In this document: positions 26,499 through 36,232 of the stretch, piece after piece | How the letters are laid out: each line of letters opens with the position of its first letter | Position numbering within the stretch: the first letter of the stretch is position 1 | Program-made: the position numbers and the translations under genes | From: Candidatus Heimdallarchaeota archaeon | GTDB taxonomy: Archaea > Asgardarchaeota > Heimdallarchaeia > JABLTI01 | Assembly (NCBI GenBank): GCA_019058275.1 | Contig: JAHLVW010000009.1 | Span: forward strand, 1-40,099 | DNA length: 40,099 nucleotides | Direction of reading: 5' to 3' | The notes under the pieces: model-generated | Seen by the model: only the letters and a program-made list of their open reading frames with translations | Databases searched by the model: none | What the model was told of the DNA's origin: nothing

Positions 26499-28991
26499 AT
26501 GAGCAAGAAAAAAGAAAAGGCAAAAGAACAAGGACCTCAACCAAAATTAGAGAAACATTATGACATTGCTAACTCAGAAAGAAAGATGCAAGATCTATGG
26601 GCTTCAAAAGAACACTATAAAGAAGTTTATAGCTTTAAGTTTGATGATTTTGAGCGACCATTGTTTGCTATCGATACACCACCACCCTTTACTAGTGGAA
26701 TATTACACATAGGTCATGCATATTGGTGTAGCATTTCTGATCTTGTTGGTCGATACAAACGTATGAGAGGATTTAATGTACTTTTACCTCAAGGTTGGGA
26801 TACACAAGGATTGCCAACAGAGCTCAAAGTACAATACAAATGGAATATTCCTCGTACAAATCGACCTCTATTCAAAGAGAAGTGTCGAGAATGGACTGAA
26901 GTTATGATTAAAGACATGAAAGATGTCATTTATAAAATAGGATACAGGCCAGATTGGGAAGAATTTGAATACCGAACTATGGATCCAGAATATCAGGTTA
27001 TTGTCCAAAAATCATTACTATATATGTATAATAACGATGAAGTATATGTTGATAATTTTCCAAATATGTGGTGTTCCTATTGTGGAACAAGTATAGCTCA
27101 AGCTGAAACTGGTTATCTAGAAAAGAAAGGTTTAATGAATTGGGTAAAGTTTCCTATTTCAGGTGAACAAGACGAATTCATTGAAATTGCTACTTCAAGA
27201 CCTGAATTAATACCTGCTTGTCAAGCAATTCTCATACATCCAAAAGATAAACGATTCAAGAAATATCATGGGAAAAAAGCTATCATACCTTTACTTGAAA
27301 AAGAAATACCAATTTTAACTGATGCTGATGTAGACATGGAATTTGGTACAGGTGCTGTAATGAATTGTACATTTGGTGATGAGCAAGACATTAAATGGCA
27401 ACAGAGGCATAATTTACCTATTTCAAGCACTATTTCACCTGATGGTAAAATTGTTAGTACTGGTTTAAGATATGATGGTATGTTGATTAACGATGCTCAA
27501 CGTGAAATATCAATTGACCTTAATAAAAAAGGTTACATGAACAAACAAGAGCGTATCAGACATAGAGTCTTATGTCACACAGAAAGAGGTGACTGTGAAA
27601 CACCAATGGAATTTTTGACAACAAAGCAATACATGATTAAAATCAAAGAATTCGCTCCTGAATTAATTAAAGCTGCAAAAAGAATGAAATGGTATCCTAG
27701 TTTCTATTTGAGACGAGCTACTGATTGGATTGGTGCATTAGAATGGGACTGGATTATTTCAAGACAGAGAGTTTTCGGAACACCCATACCATTCTGGAGT
27801 TGTAGTGATTGTAATGAAGTAATTGCTCCACCAGAAAATGCAAAATTCCCAATTGATACTTCAATCATCCCACCACCTGTTAAGAAATGTCCCAAATGTG
27901 GTTCATCTAATATCAAAGGAACAGAAGATGTTTGTGATTGCTGGGTGGATTCAAGCTTAACAGCATTAATTATTTCCAAATATTACAGTGAACCTGAATT
28001 TGCTAAACGATGGATAACCAAAGATTCAGAGAGTATCGTCAGATTACAAGGACATGATATCATTAGAACATGGTATACATATACTACTTTTAGAACCATG
28101 AAGTTAACTAATGGATTGCTACCATATGGAAATGTGCTCATTAATGGTCATGTTCTTGGACCGGATTCATTAAAGATGTCAAAATCCAGAGGAAATGTCG
28201 TGGATCCTCGAGATGGAATTAAGAAATTTGGAGCAGATGCAATTAGACAAACAATACTAAGCAAAAAGGTTGGTTCTGATTTTCCATTCCAATGGGATAA
28301 AGCTCAATATGGGAAATCATTTTTGCAAAAACTTTGGTCAGTTTCCAGATATCTTAGTACATACATTGATGATATTCCAGAAGTAAAACCAAAATACTCA
28401 CCAATCGATATTTGGTTGCTCTCAGAACTCGAGAAGACAAGGAAGGAAATAACTAAAACAATGGATGTTTATGAATTCCACCAAAGTCTTAAATTAATCC
28501 ATGAATTCACATGGACAACCTTATGCGATAATTATCTTGAAAGTGTAAAACCAATCATCAGATCAGATAATGAGGTAAGATCTGCTACTGTAAAACAAAT
28601 ATTAAGAGACACTCTCTGGTCAGTTTTACGTTTATTAGCACCTTTCTGCCCACACATTACTGAAGCTATTTACTTGAAAATGTTCAAAGAAGAGATTGGT
28701 AAGATATCAATACATGCTACTGAATGGCCAACTAAAGATAAAAGGAAAGTTAGTTCAGAAAAGGCAGAACTCGGAGGTTTACTAATTGAGTTAATCTCCC
28801 TTGCTAGACAACAAAAAGCAAGTATGAGAATTGCTTTAAATCAACCAATAAAATCTGCAACAATTAGTATTCCAAAAGAAAAATTACCTTTGATTAATAG
28901 GCATCAAGAGTTACTTAAGCTACCTTTACATATTGCTAATCTAGTACTAATTCCAGGTGAAGAGATTTCAATTAAGCTACAAAATGATTAG
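26499..28991 (+). CDS. valS: Valine--tRNA ligase (archaeal type)
   Basis: IDTPPPFTSGILHIGH, QGWDTQGLPTE, GTGAVM, WDWIISRQRVFGTPIP, QGHDII, KMSKS. Confidence 0.96.
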   Translation: MSKKKEKAKEQGPQPKLEKHYDIANSERKMQDLWASKEHYKEVYSFKFDDFERPLFAIDTPPPFTSGILHIGHAYWCSISDLVGRYKRMRGFNVLLPQGWDTQGLPTELKVQYKWNIPRTNRPLFKEKCREWTEVMIKDMKDVIYKIGYRPDWEEFEYRTMDPEYQVIVQKSLLYMYNNDEVYVDNFPNMWCSYCGTSIAQAETGYLEKKGLMNWVKFPISGEQDEFIEIATSRPELIPACQAILIHPKDKRFKKYHGKKAIIPLLEKEIPILTDADVDMEFGTGAVMNCTFGDEQDIKWQQRHNLPISSTISPDGKIVSTGLRYDGMLINDAQREISIDLNKKGYMNKQERIRHRVLCHTERGDCETPMEFLTTKQYMIKIKEFAPELIKAAKRMKWYPSFYLRRATDWIGALEWDWIISRQRVFGTPIPFWSCSDCNEVIAPPENAKFPIDTSIIPPPVKKCPKCGSSNIKGTEDVCDCWVDSSLTALIISKYYSEPEFAKRWITKDSESIVRLQGHDIIRTWYTYTTFRTMKLTNGLLPYGNVLINGHVLGPDSLKMSKSRGNVVDPRDGIKKFGADAIRQTILSKKVGSDFPFQWDKAQYGKSFLQKLWSVSRYLSTYIDDIPEVKPKYSPIDIWLLSELEKTRKEITKTMDVYEFHQSLKLIHEFTWTTLCDNYLESVKPIIRSDNEVRSATVKQILRDTLWSVLRLLAPFCPHITEAIYLKMFKEEIGKISIHATEWPTKDKRKVSSEKAELGGLLIELISLARQQKASMRIALNQPIKSATISIPKEKLPLINRHQELLKLPLHIANLVLIPGEEISIKLQND

Positions 28992-29106
28992 TTAACTATA
29001 TTTTCTACCTTTTCCTTTTTTTCTTGTACTGTACAGAAACCCTTTTGAATTATCTAGATTTCTTTAAGTCGGTTTAGAACTCGTAAAAAATTGGAGCGTT
29101 TTATAT

Positions 29107-30009
29107 ATGATTCAAGAGATGTGGTTTACAGCACTATTCGGTCAATGGGGTTGGTTAATTGCAGTAGCTATCGCTATATGTATAAATGTTCCAATTTTCA
29201 TTTGGGCTAGAGTGAAAAAACATCTTACCCTTTTAGGTTGTTTAATGGCTGGTTTTTTTGGCATTGCATATTGGATGATAAATCCACTTTTTTACACTCT
29301 ACTTTTTGTGTTTTTCATATCCAGTAGCATTTTAACAAACTATCGTAAGAAAGACAAGAAGGAAGTGCAAGATAAGTTTGCTAAAGGTGGAGAAAGAGAT
29401 ACATCACAAGTGTTAGCTAATGGTTTAGGTGCTTTTATCTTTGCTTTAGGTCATTTGCTATTCTATGTTTTAACAAATAATGTTATAATTAGTAATGCTT
29501 TTGTTTATGCTTTTATCGCAACAATTGGAACAGTTAATGCTGATACTTGGGGTACTGAAATAGGTATATTATCAAATGATCAACCTTATTGGATTCTTAA
29601 TTTATCACAAAAAGTAGAAAGGGGAACATCAGGAGGAGTTTCTCCAAAAGGAACAGGCGCTTCATTCATTGGAGCAACTATCGTCTCTATTGTAGCTTTG
29701 ATAATTGAAGCATTATGGAGAAATCCACTGTCTGAAAATTCTACCTGGCAAATCTTCTTATTTATCTCCTTAACTGCAATTGTTGGTTTCATTGGAGGAT
29801 TGATTGATAGTCTCTTTGGAGCTACAATTCAGGGATTCTTCAAATGCACTGTTTGTGGAAAAGGTACAGAGAAGAGAGGACATTGCAATAAACCAACGGA
29901 ATTACAAAGAGGTTCAGTAAGATTCAGAAATGATCATGTTAATTTTTGGGCTTCTTTCATTGCAGGATTAATAGCATTTGGAATTGGCTGTTTTGTATAC
30001 TTGATCTAA
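29107..30009 (+). CDS. DUF92 (TMEM19/VTE6-like) membrane protein
   Basis: KGGERDTSQVLANG, ADTWGTEIG, GTSGGVS, DSLFGATIQ, C..C...HC, NDHVNF. Confidence 0.93.
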   Translation: MIQEMWFTALFGQWGWLIAVAIAICINVPIFIWARVKKHLTLLGCLMAGFFGIAYWMINPLFYTLLFVFFISSSILTNYRKKDKKEVQDKFAKGGERDTSQVLANGLGAFIFALGHLLFYVLTNNVIISNAFVYAFIATIGTVNADTWGTEIGILSNDQPYWILNLSQKVERGTSGGVSPKGTGASFIGATIVSIVALIIEALWRNPLSENSTWQIFLFISLTAIVGFIGGLIDSLFGATIQGFFKCTVCGKGTEKRGHCNKPTELQRGSVRFRNDHVNFWASFIAGLIAFGIGCFVYLI

Positions 30010-30017
30010 TGATTTCT

Positions 30018-31187
30018 TTAATCTGCAAAAATCTCTACTATATCGCCATCTTTCAATTCATGGTTTAATCCTACAGTTTGCCCATCAAATTTAGCACTAG
30101 GACCATATATTTTTGCTAGTTTGAAATTATCATAAAATCTTGAATGGATAATTTTCGCAACATCACTGACAGTTGCTCCCTTTTTCAAAACTATCGGTTT
30201 TGGTGCAATACCACCATTAGGTTCTTTGCTTTTGATACGAACTAAACCTAGATGGTCAAATAACTTCTCTTTTAATTCATCTAATCCATCGTGTTTTGTA
30301 GCACTTACTGGTAGTATTAAAAATTGTTGACCATAAGCAGATTTAAGCTTCTCAAAATTCTCTTTTGAACCTTGTTGATCTCCTTTATTCGCAACAATGA
30401 TACCTTTACTATAGGCTATACTATAATCAAGTGCTTCAACAAGATCTGTTAAAGTCATTTCTTTTATGATTTTAAGTGAGAAATTATATAGACTTTGATC
30501 ATGTAAAATCTCGATTATTTCTTCTCGAGAAGCATCGATTTTATCCTCACCAATAAGAATAGCCCCACCTGATCCTGTCTTTCTAAGCTCTATAGGTGGT
30601 TTTTCTTTATTTACACGAATACTTCCTGAATATAATTCTTCAATTAAAAGATTCATTTGCTCTACAGGGTTTTCAGAAAGGTCAATTAAGAAAATTATTA
30701 AGTCTGCAGCTCTAATCTGTGAAAATAACATTGCTCCATTCTTGGATTCATTTCTAATATTAAGAAAAATACTTGGTAAATCTATTAATTGAATTATAGC
30801 TCCATCGCAATCAAGAACTCCTGGTTCTGGTTTCTCTGTTGTGTAAGGATAATCACCAACTTTTGTATTTGAACCTGTGAGAATTTTCAGAAGTTGGGAT
30901 TTACCTGAATTTGCTACACCAACTAACGAAACCTGAGCATCTCCTTCTTTAGGAATAACCCAAACTGGACCTTTTGATAATGACTTCTGTCTACGCTTCT
31001 TATCCTCTAACTCAGATTTATGTTTTACAAGTCTACTTCTAAGTCTTGCAACCATTTTTTCTGTTGCCTTATGTTTTGGAACTAAGGAGATAAATTTCTC
31101 AAGTTTAACTATTTTATCATCGAGTGTGTTTGCTTCATTATAATCCTGTTCTGCTAATTTTGCTTCAGGACTTAAATTGGTCGACAT
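30018..31187 (-). CDS. DRG/Rbg-like OBG-family GTP-binding protein with TGS domain
   Basis: PKHKATE, GVANSGKS, DYPYTT, QLIDLP, NKGD, GPSAKFDGQTVGLNHELKDGDIVEI. Confidence 0.92.
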   Translation of the reverse strand: MSTNLSPEAKLAEQDYNEANTLDDKIVKLEKFISLVPKHKATEKMVARLRSRLVKHKSELEDKKRRQKSLSKGPVWVIPKEGDAQVSLVGVANSGKSQLLKILTGSNTKVGDYPYTTEKPEPGVLDCDGAIIQLIDLPSIFLNIRNESKNGAMLFSQIRAADLIIFLIDLSENPVEQMNLLIEELYSGSIRVNKEKPPIELRKTGSGGAILIGEDKIDASREEIIEILHDQSLYNFSLKIIKEMTLTDLVEALDYSIAYSKGIIVANKGDQQGSKENFEKLKSAYGQQFLILPVSATKHDGLDELKEKLFDHLGLVRIKSKEPNGGIAPKPIVLKKGATVSDVAKIIHSRFYDNFKLAKIYGPSAKFDGQTVGLNHELKDGDIVEIFAD

Positions 31188-31315
31188 TTACACTATTTTT
31201 CTCCTTATTGATAATTCACTTAGTAATGTAATTAATTACATCAAGCTTATATTTTTTGCTTAAGTTTATAATAAAAAATTGTTTAAACTTAAATTAATAA
31301 AAAAAGAAAGGAAGT

Positions 31316-31337
31316 AAAGTGCAAGTAAATGCACTTT
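31316..31337 (-). terminator. Hairpin + T-tract downstream of the surface-protein gene
   Basis: AAAGTGCA/TGCACTTT 8-bp stem about 14 nt after the stop, followed on the minus strand by CTTTCTTTTTTT. Confidence 0.5.
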
Positions 31338-31350
31338 TATTGTTTCAAGT

Positions 31351-33051
31351 TTATTTTCGTTTTCGGAAGTAAATAGTAGCTACAGCGATTGACATGATTG
31401 CTGGGAATACCATTAACCATGTAAAGCCTGGTATAAATCCAGATGGTTCAAGTAGATCAGGTGGGTTGTAATCTGGGTTGCCGAATTTCATTGCAACGTA
31501 AACATTAACTGTACCTTCTGGTAGGAAGCCACTGTCAAGTTCATCGTATAGTGTAGCAGTAAGATTAACAGTCATTTTAGCACCAGCTAAAATACCTTTT
31601 TTAGCGAATGCAATGTAAGCATTTTGTGTAAATGAAACATCTACTCCAAGGTCATATAGTTGATTTGCAACCATTGTGTATGGTGTAGGTGATGGTATAA
31701 TAGCAGTAATGTTGAGTTCAGCTTGTCCTGTTAAATTTTCTTGGAAGTAATAGTAACTTGATTTCTTTTGCATTTGGAATAGTCCACCAAATCCAATAAT
31801 AGTAAAATTTTCAGTTGGAATCATTGGAATCAGTACATCGAGAACTTCATCAGAGTAAATATCAGCAGCAAGATTCATTAAAGCCATATATCCTTCATAG
31901 TGATCCCAATCGGGGGTTACTACAGGACCAAATCCTGGAATGAAATCAGCAGTAGTACCATATATCATTGGAGTTTGAGACAAGGTCCAAGTTGGGGATA
32001 GACCTAGATAACCATTGAATACAACATGATTTGGCATTAGTACTAGTTTATCTTGATCCCAATCATACATCCACATTTTGCATTTATAGAATGTACCAAC
32101 AGTATCAATAATTTGGTACTTTTGCAATGGTTTGCCGGCAATGTTAGCAAATTGATCTTGGATATAAGTAATATTATCACCAAATGTTTCAGTGATGTTT
32201 TGGTATAATTCACCAGAACCTGAAACATCAAATGATGCTATTTCATTGTTTAGTTGGATTATATCACCAATTTCTGCTTCTAATGGTGTGAAAGTTTCTT
32301 CTACTAAGGTCATTTCAATTGTATAGTCAGTTGCATTCATTAAATCAGTCATATATAGATCATCAAGAATGATGTGAGTTAAAACTCCATCTGATTTGCG
32401 CCATGTTCCTTCCATTAATCCTGAACCGTTTTCTACTCTTGCTGTAAATTCATCTTCAGTTTCGGTAACGGTCCAACCCATAGCTTCTAGTTGTACTTCG
32501 TGATCATCCCAATCATTATTTAGAACAAATACTATTGGTCCATACTCATAAGTGGGAAACCAATCTTCGTAGGGACCTTCAAATGAAGTATTAAAGTGTG
32601 GTAAACCGGCTACTCCTGCAGCATTAGTTACAACACCTGTTGGAATTGTAATATCACTGGAAAAAACATCAAAATTGAATGACAATGGTATGTCTTGAAT
32701 AACCTTCATTCCCATAGCTGCATAGACTATAGAACCTTGTACTGATGAATAAGAATCATTATAGTACAATCTTTGGTATTCATCAACAGCCAAAACCTTG
32801 ATGTACAATTGTATTTTGTTGGCCAAATTAGGAATAGTTATATTGTCTTCTATACCTATATCTTCCAATAACCAAACTGGATATTCGAATTGATCTAGAT
32901 TGTAGTACAGATTTGTTCCTGCTTCAACAAGAACATCAGAATCATATACATTTGCAGTCATATTATCTTCAATAACCATAACTGCATTAACTGATAATAC
33001 TGGAGCCAGTATCATCAAAGCCACTAATAGTATTGATTTATTCAGCTTCAA
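31351..33051 (-). CDS. Secreted acidic cell-surface protein with PGF-CTERM-like anchor
   Basis: Signal peptide; acidic, aromatic-rich body with many NxS/T sequons; C-terminal IPGF + TM helix + RKRK. Confidence 0.82.
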   Translation of the reverse strand: MKLNKSILLVALMILAPVLSVNAVMVIEDNMTANVYDSDVLVEAGTNLYYNLDQFEYPVWLLEDIGIEDNITIPNLANKIQLYIKVLAVDEYQRLYYNDSYSSVQGSIVYAAMGMKVIQDIPLSFNFDVFSSDITIPTGVVTNAAGVAGLPHFNTSFEGPYEDWFPTYEYGPIVFVLNNDWDDHEVQLEAMGWTVTETEDEFTARVENGSGLMEGTWRKSDGVLTHIILDDLYMTDLMNATDYTIEMTLVEETFTPLEAEIGDIIQLNNEIASFDVSGSGELYQNITETFGDNITYIQDQFANIAGKPLQKYQIIDTVGTFYKCKMWMYDWDQDKLVLMPNHVVFNGYLGLSPTWTLSQTPMIYGTTADFIPGFGPVVTPDWDHYEGYMALMNLAADIYSDEVLDVLIPMIPTENFTIIGFGGLFQMQKKSSYYYFQENLTGQAELNITAIIPSPTPYTMVANQLYDLGVDVSFTQNAYIAFAKKGILAGAKMTVNLTATLYDELDSGFLPEGTVNVYVAMKFGNPDYNPPDLLEPSGFIPGFTWLMVFPAIMSIAVATIYFRKRK

Positions 33052-33255
33052 ATAAGTTCACCCTTAAAGTGGTATCTAAACGTATCATTAAGAATTTGAT
33101 ATGTTTACATTTAGTTATAATAATAACTGATTAATAAAGGGTTGCTTCTTGACATATTAAAAGTCACCACATGCAGAATGTTTTATACTGTAAACCAATT
33201 TTAAGTAAACTAATTGATTCATATTGTGAATATGTCGGTTGCAAGCTATTGGTTG

Positions 33256-33937
33256 TTATTTTAGCAATTTTTTTTCGAAAATAGCAATATCTTGTATAAG
33301 AATAACATATAAAGTTAATATTAAAGTGCTCACAATGAAGAAAATTGAATGTATTAACCATGTCACAGCTGCGATTATGAAGAATAATCTTCTAACCCCT
33401 AGCATCCATGAACATTGTGAAATTCTAAAAGTATATCGAGTTAGACCAACACCTTTTATATCATTAATTTCTACATCTTGAGGTTGGCTTGTTATAAGAT
33501 AGCTTAGATTAGAAGCCATACGACTTGAATTAATAAGATTAATAAAACTAAAAATAACACAAAAGAGAATAACACTAAGTTGTGCATAACTTAATTTGAA
33601 TGAGGGAATAATATTCCATAAGAAAGTTTTTCAATGTCGAAAATCAATTGAAATAATCCTACTAGGATGCCCCTGTAAGAACTAATAAAGCAGAAATAAA
33701 CGCACCATTTACTAGAATTTGATTTCTAATAGCTTGAACTGTTGCAGGTTTTGATTGTGCATCTAAATTATGTTTTACCCAATCCTTCATGATTAATCTT
33801 CTCAATCCTTTACGTGAAGTAGGTTTATTCAAACTATAATAAAGAAAGATAATTGACACAATAAAGCAAATAATAAATATAAAAAAAGCTATCTCATCAT
33901 GCATTTTTCTTATCCTCAGATCTTCTATTAATAACAT
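33256..33937 (-). pseudogene. DUF599-family membrane protein, frameshifted
   Basis: ORF 33662-33937 (WV...VQAIRN) continues through GILVGLFQLIFDIEK in a second frame and KTFLWNII...SSRMASNLSYLI...GVRRLFF in a third (includes ORF 33256-33519); two frameshifts. Confidence 0.8.
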
Positions 33938-34051
33938 AGTTTAATTTAAAATAAAGATTTCAGTTTAGAAGTATATTTCTCATTATTAACTGACAAAGAA
34001 ACTGCTTTTGGTTAATAAAAACTAATAAACTCAAATTGCCAATTTAACCAT

Positions 34052-34459
34052 ATGCCAAAAAAACTTACTATTCGTCATCTAGAACGCTGTGTTGGTTGTT
34101 TGTGTTGCGTAATGGCTTGTGCACGTGAAAGATTCAATAAATTGTCTATAGATGAATCAGCAATAACTGTAAAAGCTGCAGGTCAAACAGCCTATTATGC
34201 AATCATTGTTTGTAGGGGATGTAAGGATCCAGTTTGTATGCGAGCATGTCCAACAGGTGCATTAAGTAAGCGTAAAGGTGGTGGTGTGATTTTGAATCTG
34301 TCTAAATGCGATGCTTGTGGTAGCTGTCAAGAAGCATGTATTTTGGGAGCAATAAAATTGGATATTTTGAGTGAAACACCAATTATCTGTATTCATTGTG
34401 GTAAATGTGTTGATTTTTGTCCACATGGTATATTAGAAATGGAGGAAGTTGAAGGATGA
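34052..34459 (+). CDS. 4Fe-4S dicluster ferredoxin subunit (AOR-associated)
   Basis: CVGCLCCVMAC, CRGC..PVC...CP, CDACGSCQEAC, CIHCGKCVDFCP; ATGA overlap with AOR. Confidence 0.93.
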   Translation: MPKKLTIRHLERCVGCLCCVMACARERFNKLSIDESAITVKAAGQTAYYAIIVCRGCKDPVCMRACPTGALSKRKGGGVILNLSKCDACGSCQEACILGAIKLDILSETPIICIHCGKCVDFCPHGILEMEEVEG

Positions 34460-36198
34460 AAATCATTGACATTAATTTAACTAACAGGAAAATTAAGCGA
34501 ATAGATGATGATAAATTAGACAATTACTTAGGTGGTGTAGCTTTAGCAACAGAATTATTCACTAAGAATTGTAAACCAAATATCGATCCACTTTCTAAAG
34601 AAAACGTTGTTGTATTTGCTAATGGACCTTTAACTGCTGCATTTCCTACTGCATCAAAAACAGTTGCTATGTTTAAATCACCTCTAAACGGAGAGTTAGG
34701 TGAAAGCTATGCCGGAGGAAGAATGGCATCAGCTTTACGGTTTGCAGGATATGATGGGATAATAATAAGAGGTTCAGCTTCGCATCCTGTTTATATTGCT
34801 ATTCATGATGATAATATCACAATAAAGAATGCTGAGCTTCTATGGAATTTGAGAAGTGTTTTTGCTGTAGGTAGAATCCTAAGAGATGTAGAGCCACAAG
34901 GTCCAGGTAGAAGAAGTTTTGTTAGAACAGGTCGAGCAGGAGATCGCTCTATAAAATATGCAAACTTGAATGTTGACAATTACAGACATTTCGGACGATT
35001 AGGTTTAGGAACAGTTTTCAGTTCAAAAAAACTGAAAGCTTTGGTTATTGAGGGAACGAAAGACTTTCAATTTCCCAATATGAAAGCTTACAAGAAAGCA
35101 TATCGTGATATTTACAACCATTTACGTGATAGCGATGATATGGACAAATATCACATTTTGGGAACAGCTGCAGGGATTAAACCTATCAATGCAATGGGTG
35201 CTCTTCCAACAAGGAATTTCAGTTCAGGTACATTTGAACATGTTGATAAAACATCTGGCGAATATCTAGCTGAAAACCTCCTTTTAAGAAAAATTGCTTG
35301 TTCACAATGTCCTATTGGTTGTATACATATTGCTTATTTACGGGTTCCATATAAAAAAGAGGAATATGATGTTGAAACCACATTTGTACCTTATGATTAT
35401 GAGTTAATTTATGCTTTAGGTTCAAATTTAGGTATTGATAATGCAAATGATGTTTTAAGACTCATAGAAATTTCTGATAGAAATGGATTTGATATCATTT
35501 CATTGGGAGGTATTCTTGCTTGGGCAACAGATGCTTATCAGAAGGGATTAGTAAGCATTACTGATTCAATGGGTGCTGTTTTTGAATTTGGTAATACCAT
35601 CAACTATCTTACAGTAATTGAGCTAATTATTAGAAGGGAAAATGATTTCTATCACACCTTAGGAGAAGGAATTGATGTTTGTGTTGAAAAATATGGTGGA
35701 GAAGAATTTGCTGTAAGAATTGGAGGGCAAACACCTGCTGGATATATGACAGGTCCTGCAAGCATAATAGGTCATATGATTGGACAGAGACATTCACACT
35801 TATGTAATGGAGGGTATAGTTTAGATCAAAAGTTATTTGGAAAATCATTTACACCTGAAAAAATTGTTGATGAATTGATTAAGGAAGAGAAATGGCGACA
35901 GATTTTGAATTCCTTAGTTATTTGTCTATTTGCAAAAAAGGTCTTTAATCTTTCAAGAACAATTGAAAGTCTCGAGTCAATTGGTAGGAAATTTACAAAA
36001 GAAGAACTACATAAACTATCACATGAAACTTATGAGAAAAAAAATGCTTGGAAAAAAGCAACAGGGCAAAATTTGACGACAAGTAAATTAGCTGCTCGCT
36101 TGTTTAAATTTAAAACTCCACATGGATTTCTAGACAAAGATTTCATACAACAAGCAATAAGCTACTATTCGCAACTTACAGAGATTCCTCTAAGCTAA
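34456..36198 (+). CDS. Aldehyde:ferredoxin oxidoreductase family protein (W/Mo-pterin)
   Basis: YLGGVALA, FKSPLNGELGESYAGG, AGYDGIII.G, GRLGLGTVFSSKKLKA, LPTRNF, CSQCPIGC, DYE. Confidence 0.94.
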   Translation: MKIIDINLTNRKIKRIDDDKLDNYLGGVALATELFTKNCKPNIDPLSKENVVVFANGPLTAAFPTASKTVAMFKSPLNGELGESYAGGRMASALRFAGYDGIIIRGSASHPVYIAIHDDNITIKNAELLWNLRSVFAVGRILRDVEPQGPGRRSFVRTGRAGDRSIKYANLNVDNYRHFGRLGLGTVFSSKKLKALVIEGTKDFQFPNMKAYKKAYRDIYNHLRDSDDMDKYHILGTAAGIKPINAMGALPTRNFSSGTFEHVDKTSGEYLAENLLLRKIACSQCPIGCIHIAYLRVPYKKEEYDVETTFVPYDYELIYALGSNLGIDNANDVLRLIEISDRNGFDIISLGGILAWATDAYQKGLVSITDSMGAVFEFGNTINYLTVIELIIRRENDFYHTLGEGIDVCVEKYGGEEFAVRIGGQTPAGYMTGPASIIGHMIGQRHSHLCNGGYSLDQKLFGKSFTPEKIVDELIKEEKWRQILNSLVICLFAKKVFNLSRTIESLESIGRKFTKEELHKLSHETYEKKNAWKKATGQNLTTSKLAARLFKFKTPHGFLDKDFIQQAISYYSQLTEIPLS

Positions 36199-36232
36199 AT
36201 TAAGAAAATAAAAAATAAGTCCATCTAAGGAC

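Noticed and set aside
26203-26502. 99-aa ORF as an intact gene
   Set aside because: Weak TTG start, no motif, and it runs through the valS promoter/RBS; more likely a remnant.
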